Shown here: positions 1 to 11,641 of the stretch, one piece after another
Position numbering within the stretch: the stretch's first letter is position 1
Layout: each line of letters opens with the position of its first letter
DNA from: Chara braunii
Taxonomy: Eukaryota > Plantae > Charophyceae
NCBI GenBank assembly: GCA_003427395.1
Contig: BFEA01000014.1
Location: 4,106,677 to 4,164,447 of the forward strand
Direction of reading: 5' to 3'
DNA length: 57,771 nt
The notes under the pieces: generated by a model
Databases searched by the model: none
Seen by the model: only the letters and a program-made list of their open reading frames with translations
Told to the model about the DNA's origin: nothing
Program-made: the position numbers and the translations under genes

Positions 1-1039
1 GGAGTGGGGGAGGCTCGGGAGTGCGGACAAAAGAGGACCGAGAAAACGAGGGGGGGCTGGGGCTGGTGTGGATGGAGGAATGCACAGGGAGATGAGTGGG
101 TTGGGTTAATGGAGCGAAGGGAGCAGGTGTGGAAGTTGGGACAAAAAGGGATCAGGAAAGTGGAACTAGATTAGAGGTCGCATGAGGGTGGGTAGAGGGG
201 CGAAGTCCCAACTTCGAAGTGGGAAGACAGGGGGGGCCTGGGGGGGCGGGAAGCGAGGTGGGGGAGGTGAGGGTGTTGGTTGGGGAAGGAGAATGAAAGG
301 GTGAAGGGATCAAGATGGGGTGGGGAGTGAGGTGGCTGGGCGAACGAGTGGGGGGCAGAGAGGGCGAGACCGCAACATATAGAGTAAGAGGGAGAAAAGG
401 ACGAGGAGGCCGAAGAGTGGATGGGGGGTCAGCGAAGTAAGTGGAGGGGGAGGTCAGGGGAGTGCGCGGAAGGGGGAAGACCGGGTGGGCAGGTGAAGTA
501 GTAAGGATTAGTGACAGGATCGGGATGGGCGGGACGAAGAGAGCCATGTGGGAAAAATAGAGATTGAGACAACCAAGTAGACGGGGAGGTAAGTAGCGCA
601 GGAGAGTGAAAGGCGGGAGGATGGGGAAGGACCGAGAACAAACGAGGAGGGCGGGAGGGTGGTGGGGTGAGGGGGGCAAAGGGGAGAGAGGGAAAGTGAT
701 TAGAATCATGATTGGAGGAAGTCAGGATAGCGGAAAAATATAAGGAGGGTCCAAGAGAGGGTGGGTGAGCGTCATCCGAACAGAGGCGGTGTAATTGGCG
801 GGGAACTCAGAGTGGTTGAGAGGGAGGAGGAATCAGGACAGCCAGACAGGTTGGACCAAACAGTAGGCGGTGTTGGCGGTGGAATGATGGAGCAAGTGGG
901 GAGTACGGAGCCGATAAAATAATCAGAGCAGCCGAGGGGATAGCGATGTGCACTAATCAGAGGCAGAAGGGAGAAGGTTATAGGAGGGGGTGTGAATGCG
1001 ATAGGAGATGAGTGTAGTGAGGCGAGGGCTAGGATAAGA

Positions 1040-1477
1040 GATGAGTGCAATAACGTAAGGTGTGACAGGATAACTGGTGTGGCGATCCAATCGTTTTGGG
1101 GAGGAGAGAAATGAGGAACATGTGGAGATGGCGGAAGAGAGAACGACAACTCCACCTTTGAGTATTAAGGATAAAGTCATACTGGTCTCCATCACATCGA
1201 CGTGTGCGGATGAATGAAAATGGGTACTATCCAGCAATTGGAGGGTAAGGGAAATGAGGGAGTGCAGTGACGTAAGGTCTGACATGACAACTGGTGTGGC
1301 GGTCCCATCGTTTTGGGGATGAGAGAGATGAGGAACATGTGGAGATGGCGGAAGAGAGAACGACAACTCCACCTTTGAGTATTAAGGATAAAGTCATACC
1401 GGTCTCCATCACATCAATGTGTGCGGAGGAATGAAACTGGGTACTATTTAGCAATTGGAGGGTAAGGGAAATGAAGG
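1040..1477. repeat. Tandem duplication, period 217 bp, 2 copies
   Basis: Near-identical blocks such as atgaggaacatgtggagatggcggaagagagaacgacaactccacctttgagtattaaggataaagtcatac. ORF starts 1155 and 1372 (both MELSFSLPPSPHVPH) differ by 217. Confidence 0.9.
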
Positions 1478-2577
1478 ACCGTCTGATCGAAGAAGCGTCG
1501 TATCTTATTATATCCAAGGGTAATGGAGATAGGAGAGTCGGACCTGGTGGTAGCAAGACGAGTTTCCTCAACTACACGAGGGTGGACGAATTCGCCCTGC
1601 GAACAAGAATCATATAAAGCGTGATATATCCTCGTGGATGTCTGAACGTAGATGAGAATGATAGGGATGGTGCGATCAAGGTTGGAGAGCAGACTGAGAA
1701 GACGACCCAAGATATGTATGTGTCTGATAAGTCACTCTTGACGAGCCTGAAAAATGCTTACATCCTGGATAAATGGCACAACATCATAGCGAGTCGCCAG
1801 CTGAGCACTACAACGAGGGGATGGATCAGAGACGGTGGTCTGCTGAGAAGCAGACGGTACCTCGACAAACGCTGGGTCAAAGGGAGTTGTGTCTATCATG
1901 ACCTTGCGGACCTCAATGTGGTAGCCAAAGGTGGAAATCGTGATTCAATGGTCGGGAAACCGTCTACAAATGAGGTGTTTGAGGTATTATGTACTGTGGC
2001 TAGTTGGTCAGAGCGGCGAAGCAAGTGTCCGCGGGGGACTGAGATCATCGCTGACGAGAAATGTCAGCATAACACTGATTGAGTGCGGCGTGGTATGTAC
2101 ACCACGAAGAGGTGTGTCCATCCCGGCGATAACGAATACAACCATGGTGGACCTTGAAGGTGACACGCTCATCGGGGGAAAATAGTCCACGAGGAGAGAT
2201 GAAACCCTACAAGATATCCACTTGCGACACAGTGAACGTGCAAGCAACGAGCTGTGTGGACGGACTCTGAGCACGACCATGGTGGACATGTACATTTGGA
2301 GACGATCGTTGAGGGGCACAACCTCGATATTCAAGTGATATGGGATGGTGTCCCTAAACTCGATGACCTCGGGGGATGCCCCAAGCAAAGGTTCAAGCTC
2401 GATCGTAGCGTTGTTGTCATACTCGAGTGCACTGTAGCGGCGAGAAAATGACGCTCTAGACTTAGCTGGTGTCGGCTCACTCCGATAATGGCGGGTCACG
2501 CGGAAGAGGCGGGTGCGTAACCAGTCTAGGCGGGATGAGTTGTTTTGGTCCTGGGTGCCAGGAGGGAGGTGTCGCAA
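1040..2577 (-). pseudogene. Disrupted ORF of unknown family, probably TE-associated or multicopy
   Basis: ORFs 2008..2577 and 1444..1710 share a frame and are joined through in-frame stops into a protein-like sequence running on to ...RWSCRSLFRHLHMF. Related DNA occurs at about 7205-7270 and 7975-8130. No known motif recognised. Confidence 0.4.
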
Positions 2578-4287
2578 AAGGAAGGGGTTAGGAAAACCTT
2601 AAACCCTAGGAAAACCATAACCGGAATAGGGGGAGGTAAGGGTGAATAACCGCAACCTAGTCACGAAAAAAAACCATGAGGGGAAGGTGTAAGAAAAAAT
2701 AAATATATGCAATTTCATGATTAAAAAAATAATAAAAACAAAAAAAAACAAAAGTTGAAGAGAGAAGGAATATTTATTATTTTGAAATTTTTGACAACAT
2801 TTCTACACCCCTAATAGGGTCAAGATGTTCCAAAAAAAAAAAAGACCATGAAAACACATTAACTTTCAAAATGCCACAGATAAAAAAATAGAAATAAAAA
2901 TAAAATAAATGAGTAGGTGGGGGAGAATAAAGAGAAACTTAATTTAGCAGCATTTCATTATCCCCATGGGAACGAAGTGTGCCAAGCAAGAAAATGGCTA
3001 AGCAAAAACTTTAAGAAAAAATCTTGCTAGCACTTCGGTATCCCACGAGGTCACAATGTGCTGCAAAAATAAACTAAGGAGGAAGATAAACTTTAGGCAA
3101 CGCTTTGTTATCCCCAAGGGTTCAAACTTCAAAATGTGCGCCGTCAACAAAATGCCTAAGTCCTGAAAAAGATTTGAGGGTGCCGCAAAAAAATTCGAGT
3201 TTTTAAAATAAATAAATAAAATAAATAAAAAAAGAAAGAGGTAATACGATTTTTTTTTTTGGAAAAAAGAAAAAAATAAAATCAAAGAGGAACACAAAAT
3301 AAGAAAAAAAGAAAAATTTGAAGTTTGTTGAGGGAGGGATAAAAAGGTGATGAGAAAAGACAGAGAGAGGTGAAAAGGAGAATAAAAACTCAGGTGGTAG
3401 TTAAGGGGGATGATGGGGTTTTAGTTCGAGAAAGAAAAGATGAGAGGAGGATAAGAAAAAGGGAGAGAAATATAGGAAAAAGGCAGAGAGCAAAAAAAAA
3501 GGATCAGTAGAAGAGGGTGAGTGAGGAGAGGAGAGAAAAATATGGTAGAGGGTGAGTGAAGAGTGAGGAATATGAGAGAGCAGTGGAAAGGAGGGGGGCA
3601 AAGTGTTGAAAAGAGGAGAGAAAAGTTAGAAAAGGTGAGAGATTAGAGGTAGGATTGGAGAAAGATGATGAAATGATGAAGGGGAAGAGAGGGAGAAGTG
3701 GGGGAGAGTTGATTAGGGGAGGAAAGTTGATACACAGCTCTTAGGTGACCAAGAGCAAAAAAATCACAAAGATTTATGCGCTCTTGCCCTTCAAACACCC
3801 CTTGGGAGAGAGGGCCTTCAAAATGATGACAAACTGGTGCTGCAGCAGTTATATCTGATCATATAGATCTGATTCAAATTTGCAGTTAAGAAAAACGATC
3901 GGGAATAGGCTGAGATCTGGATCATCCACCCAGTTTTCACTATAGTTGAGCCTCCTAGCCAGGGGGGGTCTTCAAGTCCCTTAGCACGCTGTCAAGTGGC
4001 ACTGCCGATGGCCATGTGCGCAGGCAGCAGCAACCACGGGGGGGTGGAGAGGGGGGGTGGGGTTGTTAAAATAGTAACACACCCACTACTGTCGTGTTGC
4101 CCGCCAGTGTACTCACCTTGTACGGGGACGGCTCGTTCGTACTCCCGTACCAGCGTACGTACGGGCCCTCAGCGCCCGTACGGCCCGTATGTACGGACTT
4201 TGTGCCCTCCGTACACGGCCTTCCGAAGGGGTGTTGATGGGGTAGATGGGCTGGGGGGGGGTCGGATGTCGGGGGTAACCGCCCATT

Positions 4288-4326
<39 letters not shown>

Positions 4327-4329
4327 GGG

Positions 4330-5800
4330 CAAGGTTACCTGACCGAACGTCCGGGGCCCCCCCGGCCGGCCCCCGAACGTTCGGGCGTTTGGGGTCCCGT
4401 TCGGGGGCCGAACACCTCCAGGTTCGGCCCTCGCCAAAAAATGTTTAGGGGCCTAAAAATAAGTGTTTTTTTCTGATTTTTTTTTGTGAGTTCTTTCTGA
4501 TGTAACCTACACGCCTATCCATTTTGAAGCCTTCTGCTTAACCAAAAAAAGATTAAAAATCGTCAAAGATGAGGGTGTCAAAACGTGCTCGCCCACTCAC
4601 TATTTTGTTTTTTTTCACTTTTTTGTTTTCACTTTATTTCGGGGCCTAAAAAATATTATTATTTTTTGAAAACTTTTTAACAAGTTACTTATTATGTAAA
4701 CTACATATCTGTGAATTTTCAGGGCATTTTTCAATGCCAAAAAATAATTAAAAATTGCAAAGATGGCGGTGTCGAAAAGGTGCTGGCACACTCACTTATT
4801 TTAATTCTCTTTTTATTTTTTTTTATTTTTATCATAGTGTTTATTTTTTGTATTTGATTTTTAATTCAAATTTAGTAAAGAATTTGGATGTAGTACCCAG
4901 GCAAATGTTGTTTAGTTCAGGGTTGCCGGCATTCGGGATGGGCCGAACGCCCTAACCAGAACGCCCCAACGTACGGGACCCCTTCTGAAGGCGACCGTTC
5001 GGGCCGAACGCGGACAAAAAAAAAAACAAAAGTTTTCACAAACTTTCGAACGAAATCTATGTTATGGAGATTAATAAACTAAACAACATTTTCCTGGGCA
5101 CTATATCCAAATTCCTTACCAAATTTGAATTAAAAATCAAATACAAAAAATAAACACTATGATAAAAATAAGAAAAAATAAAAAGAGAATTAAAATGAGT
5201 GAGTGTGCCAGCACCTTTTCGACTTTAATTAATTTTTTGCATTGACAAATGCCCTGAAAATTTACAGATATGTATTTTACATAATCAATAACTCACTAAT
5301 GTGTTTTTAAAAAATAATAATTTTTTTTAGGCCCCGAAATAAAGTGAAAACAAAAAGTTAAAAATGAAAAAAAACAGAATAGTGAGTGGGCGAGCATGTT
5401 TTGACACCCCCATCTTTGACGATTTTTAATGTTTTTTTGGCTTAGCAGAATGACTTCAAAATTTTTTGGAGTGTAGGTTACATCATAGAGAACTCACAAA
5501 AGTTTCAGAAAAAAAAAAATTATTTTGGCCCCCGAACGGGACCCCGAACGGGACCCCGAACGCCCGAACGTTAGGGGGCCAGCCGGGGGCCCCCGAATGT
5601 TCGGTCAGGTAACCCTGGTTTAGTTTATTTTTCTCCATAACATATTTTGTTTTCGGAATTTTTGGAAAACGTTGTTTTTTTTTGGTTTTTTTTTTTGGGT
5701 CCACGTTCGGCCCGAATGACCGAACGCCTTCCGAAGGGGTTCCGTACCTTCGTGCATTCGCGTTTGGGCGTTCGGCCCGTCCCGAACGCCGGCAACCCTG
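4330..5800. mobile_element. Non-autonomous hAT-like MITE, outer copy
   Basis: Ends CAAGGTTACC... and ...GGCAACCCTG, with many subterminal CCGAAC/GTTCGG motifs. Flanks atcccggg (4322-4329) and gtcccagg (5801-5808) are a 6/8 degenerate 8-bp TSD. Confidence 0.8.
4918..5617. mobile_element. Non-autonomous hAT-like MITE, inner copy of the same family in opposite orientation
   Basis: TIRs CAGGGTTGCC.../...GGTAACCCTG with a perfect 8-bp TSD GTTTAGTT (4910-4917, 5618-5625). The body is the reverse complement of the outer element. Confidence 0.9.
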
Positions 5801-5836
5801 GTCCCAGGTGTAAAAAAAAATAAAATAAAAATAAAA

Positions 5837-5853
5837 ATTGATTGATTAATTGG

Positions 5854-5896
<43 letters not shown>

Positions 5897-5936
5897 CTTA
5901 TTTGATTGTTTGATTGCTTGCTTGATTGATTGGTTG

Positions 5937-6000
<64 letters not shown>

Positions 6001-6042
6001 CGATCAATCGTAAAAGGGGGGTTTACCTTCCCCCCCCGAACG

Positions 6043-6088
<46 letters not shown>

Positions 6089-6107
6089 TTAAAAAAAAAT
6101 AGGTTGG

Positions 6108-6144
<37 letters not shown>

Positions 6145-6383
6145 ATGCAGTGGGGGGTTCGCCTTCCCCCCACCAACACACACACACACACAAACGATCG
6201 CGACCTTTTTTTTTTTTTTTTTTTTTTTTGATTGATTGACTGATTGATTGACTGATTTTCAGTGGGGGGGGTCGCCTCCCCCCCGCGAACACACACACAC
6301 ACACACACACACAAACGATCGCGACCTTTTTTTTTTTTTTTTGATTGATTGATTATCTGTGGGGGGGTCACCACCCCCCCACG

Positions 6384-6437
<54 letters not shown>

Positions 6438-6560
6438 ATGGCGGCCTTTTTTTTTTTTTTTGATTGATGGATTGATTATCAGTGAGGGGGTCGCCTCCCC
6501 CCCACGAACACACACACACACACACACATACACACGCACACACATACACACGCACACACA
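5837..6560. repeat. (ATTG)n microsatellite followed by a compound array of ATTG / G-run-C-run / (AC)n / poly-T units
   Basis: About five units of ttgattgattg...agtggggggg-tcgcct-ccccccc-gcgaac-(ac)n-aaacgatcgcgacc-(t)n. Confidence 0.9.
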
Positions 6561-7814
6561 ATCAAAAATAAGTATGACAATGTATATTTTCATGTTCTAG
6601 CGGTAGATTCATTCGATTTTGCTTTTTTTTTCCTCCTTTTTCAACCACGAAAATCTTTCTTAAATGTTTTAAAATTTTACTAATGTGAACCTCGAGACCT
6701 CCCCTACGGTCCTTGGGGGTCAAACCTCCTTCCCCCTCCCCCCCCCACTGGGCCCTGGCACGTTCGGACGGAGACGGTCCGTATACCCGTACGGTCGTCC
6801 GTCTCTAGACACGGGCCGTACGGAGACCCCCCGTACGACGTACAGGGGACGACACTGCCGCCCGCTGCTCGCCGACAGGGGGTAGGGTAAATAGCGGGTG
6901 TGACACTCTTCAACAGCAGTATACCACACTATTAGCTATTGTGGCCAGTGTGTAAAGGCATTGGCCACACACGCATGTAAGCAGCAGCTGCCCGGGTTCA
7001 AACCCTATTTTTTTTCAGACGACCAATTTCATGAAATGTGTAAAAAAAATCAATTTTAACTACATGCCTGTTCTTGGCGCTACGCACGTGTGGGCCGGTG
7101 TGGCCACGTGTCGCCCGAAGGTGCTGCTGGATGCTTGTGGGACAGGATGGGTGGGGAACGTTTCCGCTCTCAGTGTACCGGGACAACCGAGGTTGCACTT
7201 TCGTCGCTGTGGAGATTGGAGAGATGAGGAAGAGGGTGTAGATGGCGGAACAGAGAGACGCAGCTCTGCTGTGCACTTAACACGCATGTACTCCAAAAGT
7301 GTGCAAATGAAGGTACTCCCCTAGCGGACTGACTGGACTGGTATCGACGGTGGTACGAGACTCGACTAGACTCCATAGACACACAACCTGTGAGAGCATG
7401 CCAGCCGTGGTCCCACAGGCCGGACAAACATAGAGCCGAATACCCTTGGCTTTAGGCCAGGGTGAATAGAGGCCCGCTGCATAAGGGTTGGGATAAGGGG
7501 TGAGGGGGCAGAGCGCATGAACCCATCCTCTCCTTCGCTCCAACTGCCCCGATCCCTCCGCCTATCCAGAGCTTATTACCCGCCAGGATATTCTCCTCAC
7601 CCTGCCTACCCCTCCCCCTTCATTTGTCGATCACACCCGACCTCCCTGCCCACCCCTCCTCCCCAATCTGGGCGCTGCCCATGCGCCCGCCTTCCCACTC
7701 TCCGCACTATCTCCGCCCTCCGTTATCCTTCTTTCTCGACTTCCCTCTGTCACTGCTCGCTCCGCCTATCATACCATCCTGCTCATCCCTGTTATTTACC
7801 CTGTCATTCAAACC

Positions 7815-8230
7815 CCTCATCACCCTTTTTGTTCCTTCCACCTTTCTCGCTCGTCCCGCCAACCAAGTACCAACATTGCCAACCAAGACGGTAGCCCTGC
7901 TCATCATTCAATGATCCGAGATCACCATAAGGGCCAGCCACCCTTTTTGTTCCTTCCAAAACGAGGGCTTCTCCTATTAAGGATAAAGTCATACTGGTCT
8001 TCATCGCATAGATGTGTGCGGAGGAATGAAAAAGGCGGGTCGACTGGGTACTATCCAGCAATTGGAGGGTAAGGGAAAGGGGAGGTGAGGGACTGTCTGA
8101 TTGAAGAAGCGCCTCGTCCTTTTATCTCCAAGTACCAATATTGCCAACCAAGACGGTAGTACTGCCCGCCACCCTTTTTGTTCCTTCCACCTTCCCCGCT
8201 CATCATTCAATGATCCGAGATCACCATGGA
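7815..8230. repeat. Scrambled local duplication surrounding a copy of the 1.16-1.52 kb sequence
   Basis: ccaagtaccaa..ttgccaaccaagacggtag, caccctttttgttccttcca and gctcatcattcaatgatccgagatcaccat each recur in permuted order. The insert at about 7975-8130 matches 1163-1260 and 1380-1518. Confidence 0.8.
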
Positions 8231-9675
8231 TACAGTTCAAGTTTGCTTCCTGCTCTACTTGCGTTAACTACAATTGAATAGCGTTGCCACCACTGACGGT
8301 AGCACTCACACTGCCTCCGTAGTGCCGCCACCTATAGTCTTGATATTTCCTTACGGACTAGCGTGAGTGGATGATAATGAATGTGTTTTCCGAAAACTTA
8401 ACCAGCGCACCAAGATGCACTCCACAAGATCAACCAAATCTACAGTTAAGAGCCCCGGGAGCAAAAACACTGTTGTGCAGCAGCTTGATTATCTCACCAA
8501 TAATGATCCCCTCCCCCCTGCTAGAGCTACCCTCATAACCTTGCTGTCCAATATACTGTAAAGAGCATGAGCTGCCTTGACGGGTTTCCCACCACGCACC
8601 CTTGGATCTTGGTGGTATGGCGATCTCAATGGGTACAACTCAAGTTTGCTCTTCACCGATTCTTGCTTACCGCATAACCAGTAGCATTCCTACTGTCTCT
8701 TGTTACTGTCTCCCTGCTCAAGCTGGCATCGTTGCTAGTAGTTCCGTGAATCTCACCCTGAAACTGTCTCCCCAGGCTTCAGCAACTAATCCCACCCTTC
8801 GAGTACATTGCTGGCAATTTGCTGCAGATAATCAGTTTCATTTGCACCGGATCTCACAGTACATAAGGTTGTGGGGATGAGCGTCAAACTTTGAAATGAC
8901 AACAACAGCGTGAGGTACCTACTACCATGAACTTAGAAATGATCGCAACAGCGACCAGAGATTTTTCCTAAAACAGCGTATTCAATTATGGACCTAACTC
9001 CAATCATATTCCCGTTTTGAAAGGTGGACAAAAGGACGAGAGGAAATCGATGAATTTCGCCTAAGGTACTGACCAAGTAAAGGACACGAAGTGGACAGCC
9101 AGAAAGCAGTCTGCACCTCTACACCTCTCCTCCTCTCTTAATACTTCATGGATGAAGCATCCAAGAATATGCAGTCATTAGATCCAGTGAATAAGGAAAA
9201 GACTGCGAGAAAAGATGAATCTATCCTTACAGATACAGAGCCATGAGCGCCCAGACTAAAGATTTGCGAGAAACCCTAAAGTATGCGTTATGTGGTCTGT
9301 CCTGATCATAGCTCAACATAAGAGAACAGGAATACGCCCTCGTGCTGGACAAAAAATATAACCTACATATGTAACTACGTACCGAATTTTCTCTGCTCAC
9401 TCATGATTCCATTAGATATTGCCGTAGCAATGAAAATACGTAAAACCTTTACAATTCACATGAAGCAAGTCGAGGACCGACTGAAACAATAACCCGACAA
9501 CATAAAGTTTTGGTTCAAACACTGAGCGACCTACAGCCATGAGGCTCGACGAATCTAGTTCAAAACAGTGACTATATGCATGTAAATGAGCATCTTCAGC
9601 ATACCAGTATCAAAGCAAGAATATAAGATACCAAAGAGACTCATGTATAGCGAATAGTAGAAGATATCCCAAAGC

Positions 9676-9931
9676 ACGCTGTCTCCTTGGCTGTGTGAGC
9701 AGCACTCCCACCGCCATAGCAAGCTCTCTCCCTGCTTCCCCTGACGTTGCTGCCAACCTTCATGTAGTTTATGGATCCGCCTTGGAGAGCCGACTGCGCA
9801 GAGGTAAGGTATGGAAACCCCAACACAACCAAATGTGGAGTGCATCACGTTGTCTCCTTAGCAATGTCGACAACACTCCCACCACCATTGCAAGCCCTCC
9901 CACTGCTTCCGATGACGCTGCTGTCAACCTT
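9676..9931. repeat. Degenerate direct repeat, about 85 bp, spacing about 171 bp
   Basis: cacgctgtctccttggc...cactcccaccgccatagcaagc...tgacgttgctgccaacctt versus cacgttgtctccttagc...cactcccaccaccattgcaagc...tgacgctgctgtcaacctt. Confidence 0.7.
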
Positions 9932-10403
9932 CTGTTTTAAGTGTGGCTTCCTCGAACTGGTGTAATTGGTGTAATATATGATGTATGTCGATGTGCAGCT
10001 GTAGGGCTGCCAGGATATCATAGCGCCGAGTGCAAAGGCACTCCCTCCCCCACTCAAGGGGGAGGTGGAAACTACGATACTTTTTCCTCGGGCTGGCATA
10101 GCCCCTGGACCTGGCAGGGTGGGCGTGGCGATGTTTGATATGCGTGTCCCTGCCCGACGCCTTGCGCTACTCGATCATTGTGTGCAGCGTTAACGCTGCT
10201 CAGCGCAGCGCTAACGCTGTTTCGTGCTAACGCTCAGTCGCGCAATCTCTCACTCTATTTCGCCCCGCCCCGAAACCTGAAGTTCGTGGCGGAAAAATCT
10301 TTCTGTGAAAGTGCGCCCCAGCAATAAAGACCAGGGAGCAGCACATTCCGGCGACCCCGCCCCAGTAGGCCACGTAGGAGAGTGTCAGGAGGACCTTTGG
10401 GTC

Positions 10404-10522
10404 GGGCTACCTTCTTCCCCCGAATACAACCTGGTACGGTCATTATTGCTATATATGGACCGAAAGCTACCCCAAACACAGCTATAATAACCGTACGTTG
10501 TATTCGGGAAAAAGGTAGTCCC
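10404..10522. repeat. Imperfect fold-back, arms about 45 bp, loop about 29 nt
   Basis: gggctaccttcttcccccgaatacaac-ctg-gtacggtcattattgct pairs with agctataataaccgtac-gttgtattcgggaaaaaggtagtccc. Confidence 0.8.
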
Positions 10523-11061
10523 AGATGTAGTTCGGTAGGTAAGTCTCTACTAAGTCTGGGAGAGTTATGGCCTGCAGGCGAAGGCCTGTAAGCTGTTGAC
10601 AGACCCAGCGGGCCTCGAACTGATATTTGTAAGGGGAAATTTTCAAAATGCCTCAAGGCCTGAAATTTGCTTTTATTGGCGATTTGTCCCTCCTACGGCA
10701 GACTTACCCTGATTTGCCCTTGGGATGTCTGAACTTTCGTGAAGTCCCCTGCAAGTGAGGGGCATAACTTTCCGGAATGTCCCTACAGGACCGCCTGTCC
10801 CATTTCCCTTGGTGCCTGTCCAATTTGCCATTATGCGGGGCATGCATCTTCCTGAGATGCCCTCCAGCAGTGAGGCGCTAAGAATTCGAACTCAAATTCC
10901 CTACTTTTCTACAATGCCGCACAAAAAGACTGCGCTGCACTCCATGTTGTGTCCGTTGCTGCAATCCACCGTGGAGTTCATTCTTCGGTTACTGCGACCG
11001 ACCGCCACCTTGGACGTCCTCGGCTTACGTTGGCAAATGTTAGTGTTCCTCCCTTCTTCCA

Positions 11062-11641
11062 NNNNNNNNNNNNNNNNNNNNNNNNNNNNNNNNNNNNNNN
11101 NNNNNNNNNNNNNNNNNNNNNNNNNNNNNNNNNNNNNNNNNNNNNNNNNNNNNNNNNNNNNNNNNNNNNNNNNNNNNNNNNNNNNNNNNNNNNNNNNNNN
11201 NNNNNNNNNNNNNNNNNNNNNNNNNNNNNNNNNNNNNNNNNNNNNNNNNNNNNNNNNNNNNNNNNNNNNNNNNNNNNNNNNNNNNNNNNNNNNNNNNNNN
11301 NNNNNNNNNNNNNNNNNNNNNNNNNNNNNNNNNNNNNNNNNNNNNNNNNNNNNNNNNNNNNNNNNNNNNNNNNNNNNNNNNNNNNNNNNNNNNNNNNNNN
11401 NNNNNNNNNNNNNNNNNNNNNNNNNNNNNNNNNNNNNNNNNNNNNNNNNNNNNNNNNNNNNNNNNNNNNNNNNNNNNNNNNNNNNNNNNNNNNNNNNNNN
11501 NNNNNNNNNNNNNNNNNNNNNNNNNNNNNNNNNNNNNNNNNNNNNNNNNNNNNNNNNNNNNNNNNNNNNNNNNNNNNNNNNNNNNNNNNNNNNNNNNNNN
11601 NNNNNNNNNNNNNNNNNNNNNNNNNNNNNNNNNNNNNNNNN
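11062..11641. other. Assembly gap; others at 26982-27491, 35488-36063 and 54974-55399
   Basis: N runs. Confidence 1.

Noticed and set aside
1-1000. Pro/Ser-rich minus-strand ORFs
   Set aside because: Low-complexity purine-rich DNA with no domain evidence.
8940-9560. Decayed LINE APE-RT linker (NSNHIPV resembling SDH)
   Set aside because: Too degraded to support without a search.
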